Source: an uncultured cyanobacterium
GTDB lineage: Bacteria > Cyanobacteriota > Cyanobacteriia > Leptolyngbyales > Leptolyngbyaceae
Length of the DNA stretch: 16,629 nt
NCBI GenBank assembly: GCA_963766075.1
Contig: CAVYAN010000030.1
Coordinates: 1 to 16,629, forward strand
Direction: 5' to 3'
Shown: one piece after another, positions 1 through 8,700 of the stretch
Layout: the number at the start of each line of letters is the position of its first letter
Position numbering within the stretch: position 1 is the first letter of the stretch
Position numbers and translations under genes: made by a program
The notes under the pieces: model-generated
What the model was told of the DNA's origin: nothing
The model's input: only the letters and a program-made list of their open reading frames with translations
Database searches by the model: none

Positions 1-26
1 TGCTCTACCAACTGAGCTATCCCGGC
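1..26 (-). tRNA. 5' part of a tRNA, most likely tRNA-Phe(GAA); truncated by the window edge
   Basis: Reverse complement reads GCCGGGATAGCTCAGTTGGTAGAGCA: acceptor stem 5' strand plus D-arm, as in cyanobacterial/plastid tRNA-Phe. The anticodon lies outside the window, so identity is inferred. Confidence 0.85.
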
Positions 27-69
27 GAACTACTTTAGCGAACTGCTTACGTTAGTTCAGCGCTTAACC

Positions 70-98
70 AAGTTAACAAAATTGCCGTGCCTTGGCAA
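70..98 (-). promoter_or_regulatory. Putative sigma70-type promoter of the tRNA gene
   Basis: Minus strand TTGCCA (93-98), 17-bp spacer, TAACTT (70-75), with TG at the extended -10 position. An A/T tract lies upstream and the tRNA 5' end is about 45 bp downstream. Confidence 0.6.
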
Positions 99-169
99 GC
101 TTTTTTTGAAAAACCCGCAAATGCCTGCTGTCTGATTAGAAATCTGGACTATGGTCAGGCCGCTAAAAC

Positions 170-225
170 TCAGGGGCTAAAAGAATGCGATCGCCCCTGA
201 TTTCCCAGAATGCGATCGCATTCTG
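170..225. repeat. Two adjacent HIP1-containing inverted repeats, possibly a terminator or stability hairpin downstream of the kinase gene
   Basis: TCAGGGGC (170-177) pairs with GCCCCTGA (193-200). CAGAATGCGATCGCATTCTG (206-225) is a perfect 20-bp palindrome. Confidence 0.7.
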
Positions 226-378
226 ACAACCTTTAATCTAGCTTGACCTCGGAATACGTACCCGCCTATGCTTCTGCAGGAGTCGCACAGGCTTCGGCTT
301 TGCCTTTCTTCAGCCGCTTCAGACCCCACATGCCACCGGAAACCAGCAGGCCAGGAATGGGTGAGAAGGGGGACGGCC

Positions 379-1206
379 CTAACCCGCCTCCGATAACACG
401 GTCGGCATGGTGAAAGAAAAGCAACTACCTTCGCCATGGGTCGAAGTAAAGTCCAGCGTGCCACCTTGCTTTTCCACCAGCCGCTTGCACAGCGACAAGC
501 CCAAACCCGTGCCATGAATATTTTGGCGATCGCAGTGACGCACCCGAAAAAACGGCTCAAACAGACGTGGCTGGTCCACCGCCGGAATGCCTAAGCCCCG
601 ATCCTGGACCCAGACTTGGACCCAGTGGTTGGGCAGCCGCTTAGCCCCCACCACCACCACTGCATCTGACGGCGAGTATTTAATTGCGTTAGACACCAGG
701 TTAATCAAGACCTGGGAGACTTGCCAGCGATCCGCCAACACCGGCGGCAAATCCGCCTCCAAGCACTGTTGCACCACAGCAGGCGCAAAGGTCACGCTGA
801 CCTCGGCGACTAAATCGGTCACCGCAAAGCAGCCCGGTCGAGGCTGCAATTGATCGGTCTCTGCACTGCGTAGGGCCACAATATCCGCTAGCAAATGACG
901 CAGGCGTTCGACCTGCTGCTGCACCATATCGAGAAATTCCTGGCGCTGTTCGGGGGTTAAGCCCTGTTCGGCTAATAAACAAACAGAACCACTTAGTGCT
1001 GTGAGGGGAGTGGCGAGCTGATGGGTTAGGAGTTGGATAAATTCTGTCTGGGCAGAAATTTGATGCTTTAGGTGTGTCTGCTCTTGCAGGGCCGCCATCA
1101 GGGCAGCATCCAGAAAATCATCCCTCTCAACGGGACTCGCGCCAGTCAGTGTGGGAGGAGGAGGAAAAGAAGAGGCCATAGGACTACCCGCCACAGGGAG
1201 GGCCAC
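379..1206 (-). CDS. Histidine kinase (HisKA + HATPase_c) with no recognisable sensor domain; start may be ATG 1179
   Basis: H-box FIQLLTHQLATPLT, N-box VLINLVSNAIKYS, G1 VQDRGLGIP, F-box LFEPFFRV, G2 GTGLGLSLC. Confidence 0.92.
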   Translation of the reverse strand: MALPVAGSPMASSFPPPPTLTGASPVERDDFLDAALMAALQEQTHLKHQISAQTEFIQLLTHQLATPLTALSGSVCLLAEQGLTPEQRQEFLDMVQQQVERLRHLLADIVALRSAETDQLQPRPGCFAVTDLVAEVSVTFAPAVVQQCLEADLPPVLADRWQVSQVLINLVSNAIKYSPSDAVVVVGAKRLPNHWVQVWVQDRGLGIPAVDQPRLFEPFFRVRHCDRQNIHGTGLGLSLCKRLVEKQGGTLDFTSTHGEGSCFSFTMPTVLSEAG

Positions 1207-1383
1207 ATAAAAACAACCCGAAGAAAGCTCACATCAAGAACGAACTCTTTACAAATATTAACACTTTAGGCCATGGGTGACGAGGGGCAGAGGCGACGAG
1301 GGGTGAAACAGTCGAGAGCAGAAGGCCGGGGTAACGCCATTGGGTCGTGGCCTCTCCGCGATATGACTCAGTCAAGGCGTTGA

Positions 1384-1405
1384 GGGCTGAGCGGAGTCGA
1401 AGTCC
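1384..1405 (+). repeat. Small dispersed repeat copy: core GAGCGGAGTCGA in short arms
   Basis: GGGCT-GAGCGGAGTCGA-AGTCC; the core is identical to 4640-4651. Confidence 0.7.
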
Positions 1406-1440
1406 GGTTTTATAAAAAATTGCGCCTTCCTACTTACAGG

Positions 1441-1482
1441 ATCAATCCGCAACAGCATCAATCTGCAACATCAATTCGCAAC
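1441..1482. repeat. Imperfect 13-bp tandem repeat x3
   Basis: ATCAATCCGCAAC (1441), ATCAATCTGCAAC (1457), ATCAATTCGCAAC (1470). Confidence 0.75.
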
Positions 1483-1782
1483 ATAAACAAATGATGAGGA
1501 GCTGAAAGACTCGGCCCAAAAGTTCATCTGAGGTGATTAAATTAACCGGAGCTTATTTCTACCGGAGGCATGCAGATTTGCCCAGGCATTGTAGCGCCGT
1601 ACTGGAATGACCGACAGTCAAGGATGTTGGACGCCTGCCGCGCTGGCGTTACTGGCAGCGGGGGCTATGTCTAGGCCCAAACCGTCCGGAGAAATGGCAG
1701 GGGAGTTGGAAGTGATGACGTGAGAGGGGTGGACTGATGTCCGGTGCGCAATTCCCAGAAGCTGGTTTTATGAGGTGTAGCG

Positions 1783-3444
1783 ATGGTCGCTTCGGTTCCT
1801 AAAATTAAAGACATACTGATGAGCTTTCCGCTAATGCCTGTAGATTCCGATCGCATCCTGGCGGCCATTGATGTGGGCACCAACTCCATCCATATGGTGG
1901 TTGTCCGTATCCAGCCCGCCTTGCCCGCTTTTACCATCATTGCTCGGGAAAAAACCACCGTCCGTCTGGGCGATCGCGATAAGCAAACGGGTAATCTCAC
2001 CGATGCCGCCATGCAGCGGGCGCGAGCCGCCCTCAAACGCTGCCAAGAGGTAGCCGGCAGTTTGAATGCTGAACAAATTATTGCCGTGGCCACCAGTGCG
2101 GTGCGGGAAGCGCCCAACGGTCGAGAGTTTCTGCAACAGATGCAAGCGGACTTGGGGCTGTGGATCAATCTGATTTCGGGGCCTGAGGAAGCGCGGCGAA
2201 TTTATCTGGGCGTGCTGTCGGGGATGGAGTTTAATCATCAGCCCCATGTAGTGATTGATATTGGGGGCGGTTCCACAGAGCTGATTTTGGGCGATGGGCA
2301 GGATCCGCAGTCCCTTAGCAGTACAAAGGTCGGAGCGGTACGCCTGACGGCAGAGCACGTTACCACGGATCCCATCAGCAATGGGGAGTATGTGGCTTTG
2401 CAAGCCTACATTCGTGGCATGTTGGAGCGTCCCATTGAGGAAATCCTGACCCACCTACCACCGGGAGAAGTGCCCCGCATGGTGGGCACCTCGGGCACCA
2501 TTGAAACTCTGGCAATGCTGCACGCGCGGGAAAAGACCGGCAGTATTCCCAATCCGATCAATGGGTATACCTTTAACCTGAAGGATCTGCGGGAGATCGT
2601 ACATCGGCTGCGACGACTGAATTATCAGGAGCGGGCCAAGCTGCCGGGAATGAACGATCGCCGCGCCGAAATTATCCTAGCGGGAGCCATGGTGTTGCAG
2701 GAGGCCATGACCTTGCTGAAAGCCGAAACGCTGACGATTTGCGAGCGATCGCTGCGGGAGGGGGTAGTTGTAGACTGGATGTTGACCCATGGCCTGATTG
2801 AAGATCGGCTGCGTTTCCAAAGTTCTGTGCGCCAGCGCAGCGTGCTGAAAACCGCCCAAAAATATCGGGTGGATCTGCTCCATAGCGATCGGGTGGCTGG
2901 ATTTGCGGTCACCTTGTTTGATCAAACCCAGGGCAGCCTACACCAGTGGGGCGACCAGGAACGAGAAATACTCTGGTCAGCAGCAATATTGCACAACTGT
3001 GGACACCATATCAGTCATTCCTCCCACCACAAACATTCCTACTACCTCATTCGCCATAGCGACTTGCTGGGCTACACCGAAACGGAAATTGAAACGATCG
3101 CAAACCTGGCCCGCTACCACCGCAAGAACAATCCCAAGAAAAAACACGAGAGCTACCGGAATCTAACCAGTAAGGTGCATCGCAAAATTGTGGATCAACT
3201 CCATCCCTTACTCCGAATTGCTGTCGCCCTGGATCGCCGCCAAATTGGGGCAATCCAGTCCGTGGCCTGCGAATACCTGCCCGAATCCCGCGAACTGCAC
3301 CTGCGGCTACAGCCCACTCAGATCGGCGATGCCTGCACCCTGGAACTGTGGAGCCTCAACCTCAAGAAGTCGAGCTTTGAGGAACAGTTCGGCATTAAGC
3401 TGGTGCCTATTTTGGAAACATTGCCGAAGTGGCCGGGGCTGTAG
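1783..3444 (+). CDS. ppx: Exopolyphosphatase, Ppx/GppA family, with C-terminal HD-like domain
   Basis: AAIDVGTNSIHM, ATSAVREAPNG, ISGPEEARRIYLG, IDIGGGSTE, GTSGT, RAEIILAGA, SLREG, and C-terminal AAILHNCG...HHKHSYYLI...ARYHRK. Confidence 0.96.
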   Translation: MVASVPKIKDILMSFPLMPVDSDRILAAIDVGTNSIHMVVVRIQPALPAFTIIAREKTTVRLGDRDKQTGNLTDAAMQRARAALKRCQEVAGSLNAEQIIAVATSAVREAPNGREFLQQMQADLGLWINLISGPEEARRIYLGVLSGMEFNHQPHVVIDIGGGSTELILGDGQDPQSLSSTKVGAVRLTAEHVTTDPISNGEYVALQAYIRGMLERPIEEILTHLPPGEVPRMVGTSGTIETLAMLHAREKTGSIPNPINGYTFNLKDLREIVHRLRRLNYQERAKLPGMNDRRAEIILAGAMVLQEAMTLLKAETLTICERSLREGVVVDWMLTHGLIEDRLRFQSSVRQRSVLKTAQKYRVDLLHSDRVAGFAVTLFDQTQGSLHQWGDQEREILWSAAILHNCGHHISHSSHHKHSYYLIRHSDLLGYTETEIETIANLARYHRKNNPKKKHESYRNLTSKVHRKIVDQLHPLLRIAVALDRRQIGAIQSVACEYLPESRELHLRLQPTQIGDACTLELWSLNLKKSSFEEQFGIKLVPILETLPKWPGL

Positions 3445-3466
3445 GCGGGGCAGTACAGTGACTAGA

Positions 3467-4231
3467 CTATTTCGGGGCTGACGGGATACTTCTGAAGTCT
3501 AATCGCTGATCTGCATAGCTGATCAGCAAGGTGATGCTCGCTTCGACTTGCTGATCTCCCCCAATGACCGGGGAAGGTGCAGCGCCTGCCGCCATCACCT
3601 TGGCATCATAGGTTGCCATGGGCCGAGGGGGAGGCGCATAGGCTCCATTCACCTGGATACCGACGATTTCCCGTTGGGTGAGGCCCAAACTACTCAGGAC
3701 GGCTTCCGCTTGCCCTTGAGCATCCTGGGTAGCCCGCCGCAGGGCTGTTTTTTGGGCGGCGGCGATCGCGCTGTCCGAGGCTACAAAGCTGACCCCATCA
3801 ATTCGACTCGCACCGGTTTTCACCGCATCATCCAAGATATTGCCCGCCTTCTCCGTTGCAATCCGAAAACTGACCGTGTTGCTGGCCGTGTAGCCCGTCA
3901 AGGTTTGGGTGCCGTTGTCATAGCGGTAGGTCGGATTCAGGTTAATTCCAGTGGTTTGCAACCGCTCCACTGACCGCGCTTTGAGCAAGGTGACCACGGC
4001 ATTCGATCGCCGCGCCACAGCCTGCTGCACCTCATCAGCGGTTTTGCCTTGGGCCTCTACCCCCAAGCGCACTTCCGTCACCGAGGTGGCCACCATTTCC
4101 GTACCGCGCCCCGACACCGTCAACGTGCGCAGCAATTTTTCCTGCGCCTGCGCCGGATGAACCAAGGCTAAACTCACGATTCCGCCAATAACCGTTAAGC
4201 TGTAGAGCGATCGATGACAATATCTGTGCAT
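3467..4231 (-). CDS. SIMPL domain (DUF541) exported protein; the ORF could start at 4282
   Basis: Signal peptide ending HPAQA, then RTLTVSGRG, LQTTGINLNPTY, GYTASNTVSF, LDDAVKTGASRIDGVSF, ALRRATQDA, PVIGGDQQVEASITL. Confidence 0.9.
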   Translation of the reverse strand: MHRYCHRSLYSLTVIGGIVSLALVHPAQAQEKLLRTLTVSGRGTEMVATSVTEVRLGVEAQGKTADEVQQAVARRSNAVVTLLKARSVERLQTTGINLNPTYRYDNGTQTLTGYTASNTVSFRIATEKAGNILDDAVKTGASRIDGVSFVASDSAIAAAQKTALRRATQDAQGQAEAVLSSLGLTQREIVGIQVNGAYAPPPRPMATYDAKVMAAGAAPSPVIGGDQQVEASITLLISYADQRLDFRSIPSAPK

Positions 4232-4544
4232 AGCTCCCGAAAGCCAGGGCTGTTTCGTTTTAAGTCTCAACATGTTGTGCATCCATAAGAATCTGTCGTT
4301 CCAGACTTCAGAGATTCTAGCCTTCGAGAGCTAAACCTGCCTAAACTCTAAACTCGTTGTCTCAACTTAGGTTGAACGAGGGGGAACATACTCCTGGTCA
4401 GAAATGCAATGGCTCTGGTACAGAACTGTAGGTTCGCCCATTTTTTTTACTGATGCGGATTTATTGGCTTCTTCCGTCTTTAGCAAAAGCACGACAGCAG
4501 AGCCACGGCCAAACCTACTCAGTTAAACCTGTTCAGGCTAACGT

Positions 4545-4586
4545 ATAAAGAGATTTCTATGAAATAAAGAGATTTCTATGAAATAA
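4545..4586. repeat. Exact 19-bp tandem duplication
   Basis: ATAAAGAGATTTCTATGAA at 4545-4563 and 4564-4582, followed by ATAA. Confidence 0.9.
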
Positions 4587-4596
4587 CCTACTGACC

Positions 4597-4713
4597 CAGA
4601 TTGCTCCCTGACGGATTGCTCCCTGACGAATTGCTCCCTGAGCGGAGTCGAAGGGAGCAATCTGCCGCTGGCTAAGCGGAGTCGTAGTTCACTTCCCGCA
4701 GGGTAGCCAGCGG
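4597..4713 (+). repeat. Compound small dispersed repeat: two hairpin elements, the first with a triplicated left arm
   Basis: ATTGCTCCCTGA x3 at 15-bp period (4600, 4615, 4630). CAGATTGCTCCCT (4597-4609) is complementary to AGGGAGCAATCTG (4652-4664). CCGCTGGCTA (4665-4674) and TAGCCAGCGG (4704-4713) enclose AGCGGAGTCGTAGTTCACTTCCCGCAGGG. Confidence 0.85.
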
Positions 4714-4768
4714 ATCGATTACCCAGTGGGTATATTATTTTCTGGACTTGGAAATTGCCTGAGTGATT

Positions 4769-5521
4769 TTAGTGACAAACCGAAGCAGCGCCGCCTTCTG
4801 TATCGTCTTGGACTTCATAAAGTTGGGCAAAGAGGGGAGCCGTAAACAATTCCCCGCTGCTCGTTGCTTCTGGCACATTAAAGGTCCCTGCCAAGGTCCC
4901 TGTCGAAGCTGCGCCCGCCCCAAACCCCAAGAGCTTCAGGGTGTACTGCTTACCACCCACAACAAAAAACTGATCCGTACGCCCTGTCGCGCCAAAGCTC
5001 AGAATATCGGCGCTAGCAATGGGATCATTGGGTACGTTGGGAGTATTCCGTATATTGATGGCAAAGTTGAATTGCACTGGGGGCAAGGTGGGCTGGTTAA
5101 ACAGCAGCATGACTTGCAATGGGAAATTAAAATCAACAGTCTGGTATGTACCATTTACCAGGTCCGTCGTGGAGGCATTGCGATAGGTGAGCTGTCCCAG
5201 GCTAAACACACTCCCTGGCAAGGGGTTAAAACTAGCGCCATCGAATTGGACGAAGTTATTGAAATCTGTACAGGTCACGCAGGTTTCAACATCTGTTTTC
5301 GTCAATCCCCATTCCAAGGCATTAGCAGTGCCCCCATTCTGATTGAGTAGCCGTGTACTGCTCGTCGCATTGGTAGGCAGCGCCCAGGCTCCAGAAGTTC
5401 TACCCACAAAGTCGATCACCGCCGCGTGGGCCGGACTAGAGCTACCCACACCCAGGATCGAGATACTGAGTAGTGCGACAACTGAGCCATACTGAATCAT
5501 TGCGGGGATACGTAAGTTCAT
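4769..5521 (-). CDS. Secreted protein, choice-of-anchor K-like domain, no C-terminal sorting signal
   Basis: Signal peptide ending PAHA. Motifs LEWG, FSLGQLTYRN, FAINIRNTPN, ADILSF and YTLKLLGF resemble the choice-of-anchor K domain of cyanobacterial surface proteins. AGGA lies upstream of the ATG. Confidence 0.7.
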   Translation of the reverse strand: MNLRIPAMIQYGSVVALLSISILGVGSSSPAHAAVIDFVGRTSGAWALPTNATSSTRLLNQNGGTANALEWGLTKTDVETCVTCTDFNNFVQFDGASFNPLPGSVFSLGQLTYRNASTTDLVNGTYQTVDFNFPLQVMLLFNQPTLPPVQFNFAINIRNTPNVPNDPIASADILSFGATGRTDQFFVVGGKQYTLKLLGFGAGAASTGTLAGTFNVPEATSSGELFTAPLFAQLYEVQDDTEGGAASVCH

Positions 5522-5911
5522 GGAGCGTGTCCTGCCTATCTGAGAAAGCTATATAACAGTGATAGCAACCGAAATCGGCACCTGCGGTAATTACGCAGAA
5601 ATCTCATAGGAACTTTACAATGCTAGTGTCGATTTTTACGCCTATGTTTACACAACCTCTATAGAGTCTTTGCGCTACCTTTGTAGCAGCTTTATAAACG
5701 ACAGTATTTTTTGGACAATAAATTTTGGCCCACTGGAACCTTCTCTGTCAGAATATTTCCCGCTAGTACTTCCCGGCCAGTATTTCCGGGGTACAGGAAT
5801 GCGAGAATGGCCCCACAGCGATCGCCGTGAAATTCATGACTCTAGTCAGCGCCCCTCGGCCCCGCTTCCTGATCAATCCCGCGCACGTTGCGCCGAACCC
5901 ACGTTGAACCC

Positions 5912-6730
5912 ATGTCGGTAATTTCTTTGATCCTCCGAGCCTTACACCACCGTCTTATCTTTGGGCTTTATGCCGTCGGGTTGCTGATTCTGCATCTGAC
6001 CCTGGGAACTCCCGCCGTCCAAGCAGGGCCGATCTCCGACCGCATCGCCGCCTTCCCCCAGTGGGAAACCAAGCCCCCCGTTTCGGCTTCAACGGGCGAT
6101 CTGCTCTATCCCACCTGGTTTGCTGGCACCTGGACACTGACCAGCACCTTAATCGAACAAATTGCCCCCCTTGCTCCCGAAATCACTACTCCCGGCTTTG
6201 AGGACAACCGTCAATTCCTCAACGTCCCCATCAGTGCTCCGGTCCGCTTTATTGCCGACAACACCCTAGAACGCAGTCGCGCCGCCCTACCGTTCCTGTC
6301 GTTGCCGACGCGATCGCTCACCACCACCCGCATTATTTCCGATCGCGCGTTCAATGGCTTAAGCCTTGCCAAAGCCTATTTAGGCGATCGCGTCTCTCGC
6401 GTTTGGGTCGATACCCGGGACCCCAATCGTCAAATCACTAAATTCCGCGATAACCGTAAACTGTTTTCTTCCGTCTTGGGGCGGGCTGTGGAACAAGCGG
6501 ACTCCGATCACCTCACCACCACCGAAGTCTTCGATCAGTTCTTTCAAACGGCAGATAAACCGATCAAAAACCAGGTCGAAATCACTACGGCCTACGCCCA
6601 TCAACCCAATGGCACGATTACGGCGGATCAAATCACAGCGGTCTACCTGAAATCACCCCACCCCAGAGCCTATTTGGCGGGCGATCGCCCTGTTGCACTC
6701 TACCGCTATGCATTAATCCTGAAAAAGTAG
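5912..6730 (+). CDS. Conserved cyanobacterial exported protein, DUF6816-like; ORF track starts at TTG 5888
   Basis: Signal-like N-terminus ending AVQA, then RIAAFPQW, GDLLYPTWFAGTW, APEITTPGF, DRAFNG, DPNRQIT, ADQITAVYL, PVALYRY. Confidence 0.75.
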   Translation: MSVISLILRALHHRLIFGLYAVGLLILHLTLGTPAVQAGPISDRIAAFPQWETKPPVSASTGDLLYPTWFAGTWTLTSTLIEQIAPLAPEITTPGFEDNRQFLNVPISAPVRFIADNTLERSRAALPFLSLPTRSLTTTRIISDRAFNGLSLAKAYLGDRVSRVWVDTRDPNRQITKFRDNRKLFSSVLGRAVEQADSDHLTTTEVFDQFFQTADKPIKNQVEITTAYAHQPNGTITADQITAVYLKSPHPRAYLAGDRPVALYRYALILKK

Positions 6731-6847
6731 CTCCCCTACCTTCTGCTCCTATCTCTTCTGAGCCATCTCTCAGCCTTGCCATCTCTCGGCCTTGTTAGAC
6801 TATCCAATAGTCAGATTATCTACAGAACCCCGCTCTACAGCCATCGC

Positions 6848-6888
6848 GGATTGAGCGGAGTCGCAGCTTGCTTCCCGCAGAGTAATCC
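6848..6888 (+). repeat. Second copy of the two-module dispersed repeat
   Basis: TTGAGCGGAGTCGCAG-CTTG-CTTCCCGCAGAGTA (6851-6884) aligns without gaps to CTAAGCGGAGTCGTAG-TTCA-CTTCCCGCAGGGTA (4672-4705). It is flanked by GGATT/AATCC. Confidence 0.8.
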
Positions 6889-6962
6889 TACCCACCGGGA
6901 ACTGATTTCCTTAACCAATCCCCTGGCCCTCACTTTTCACTAGACACCATCCATCAGACCCT

Positions 6963-7943
<981 letters not shown>

Positions 7944-7992
7944 CCTGCCGCGCCAAGGCTCCGTCGCCCGCCTGGGCCTTTTCCCGCCAGCC

Positions 7993-8427
7993 CTATGCTC
8001 CCTGCTTCATCAAACTGAAGGCAAACAGGGTAATCGTACTCATCGTGCCAATCGCAAACATCGCCGATCTCCCAGCAGGGACGTTCAGAATATAGAACAC
8101 GGGATAGAGGGTGCGGGCAATCACAAAGGCGATGGCGGCCCAAGCCACCTCGGGCGCATCCTGTCGCGTTACATAAGCCATCAGGGCACCCACAGCAAAA
8201 ATCATAAAGGTCTCAAACGCATTCTGATGGGCCCAGGTGGCCCGTTGTGCATAGGCTGGCAGCCGATCAAATAGCGCCCGAGGCTTTTCCATGTCAAACC
8301 CCGCCTGGAATCGCCCATAGGCCACCACCAAAAACGGCAAATAAATCAACGCTGCGGCGATCGTCACACAACCCAATAAGACAGATGCAGTAGAAATCGG
8401 CAATCCGGGTAACAACGCCATCATCAC
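7993..8427 (-). CDS. MAPEG family membrane protein
   Basis: Hydrophobic helices with RATWAHQNAFETF and ARTLYPVFYI motifs. Confidence 0.9.
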   Translation of the reverse strand: MMMALLPGLPISTASVLLGCVTIAAALIYLPFLVVAYGRFQAGFDMEKPRALFDRLPAYAQRATWAHQNAFETFMIFAVGALMAYVTRQDAPEVAWAAIAFVIARTLYPVFYILNVPAGRSAMFAIGTMSTITLFAFSLMKQGA

Positions 8428-8490
8428 AAGCCACTCTCAACAAAAATCTCTTCTAGTCTACAGTCTCAATTCAACTGTCCGAATTGCTCC

Positions 8491-8577
8491 ATGGCCTCAG
8501 ACCATATATGTACCGGATATGGCATATGTACCGGATATGGCATATGTACCGGATATGGCCTCAGACTATATGCCGGA
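8491..8577. repeat. Exact 18-bp tandem repeat x3 nested in an older duplication
   Basis: ATATGTACCGGATATGGC at 8506, 8524 and 8542. ATGGCCTCAGAC at 8491 and 8555. Confidence 0.92.
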
Positions 8578-8700
8578 CTTAGGTAGGAAATAGCGGAAAA
8601 GGCGCGGAGAATTGCAACAAAGTTTCCAATTTTAGTGCCAAATTTGTTGCTTTAGGTACAATCGGGATTATGCGTTGGCCCACGGCCTTCCAATCAGTGT

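Noticed and set aside
1146..1208. 20-aa hydrophobic ORF MWPSLWRVVLWPLLFLLLPH overlapping the kinase start (minus strand)
   Set aside because: Explained as the alternate frame of CCT/CTT-rich Pro/Ser codons; no independent support.
27..1400. Genomic island integrated at the tRNA
   Set aside because: This is the tRNA's 5' side, there is no integrase or att duplicate, and HIP1 sites are present as elsewhere.
4545..4713. CRISPR array or autonomous IS/MITE ends
   Set aside because: Repeats are contiguous or form short hairpins. No unique spacers, transposase or clear target-site duplication.
4850..4880. VPEA as a PEP-CTERM motif
   Set aside because: Not followed by a hydrophobic helix and basic tail; it lies within the domain.
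4763..5350. 195-aa plus-strand ORF
   Set aside because: Antisense shadow of the secreted-protein gene with no motifs. The same applies to the other overlapping ORFs inside ppx, SIMPL, AKR, hetF and S8.
5612..5655. HLR1/RpaB site from repeated TTTAC
   Set aside because: Spacing does not fit the 10-bp direct-repeat period.
7950..7985. Intrinsic terminator after the aldo/keto reductase
   Set aside because: The stem has a mismatch, a 10-nt loop and a short T run; too weak to call.
8506..8559. CRISPR array
   Set aside because: The 18-bp units are contiguous with no spacers, and there are no cas genes.
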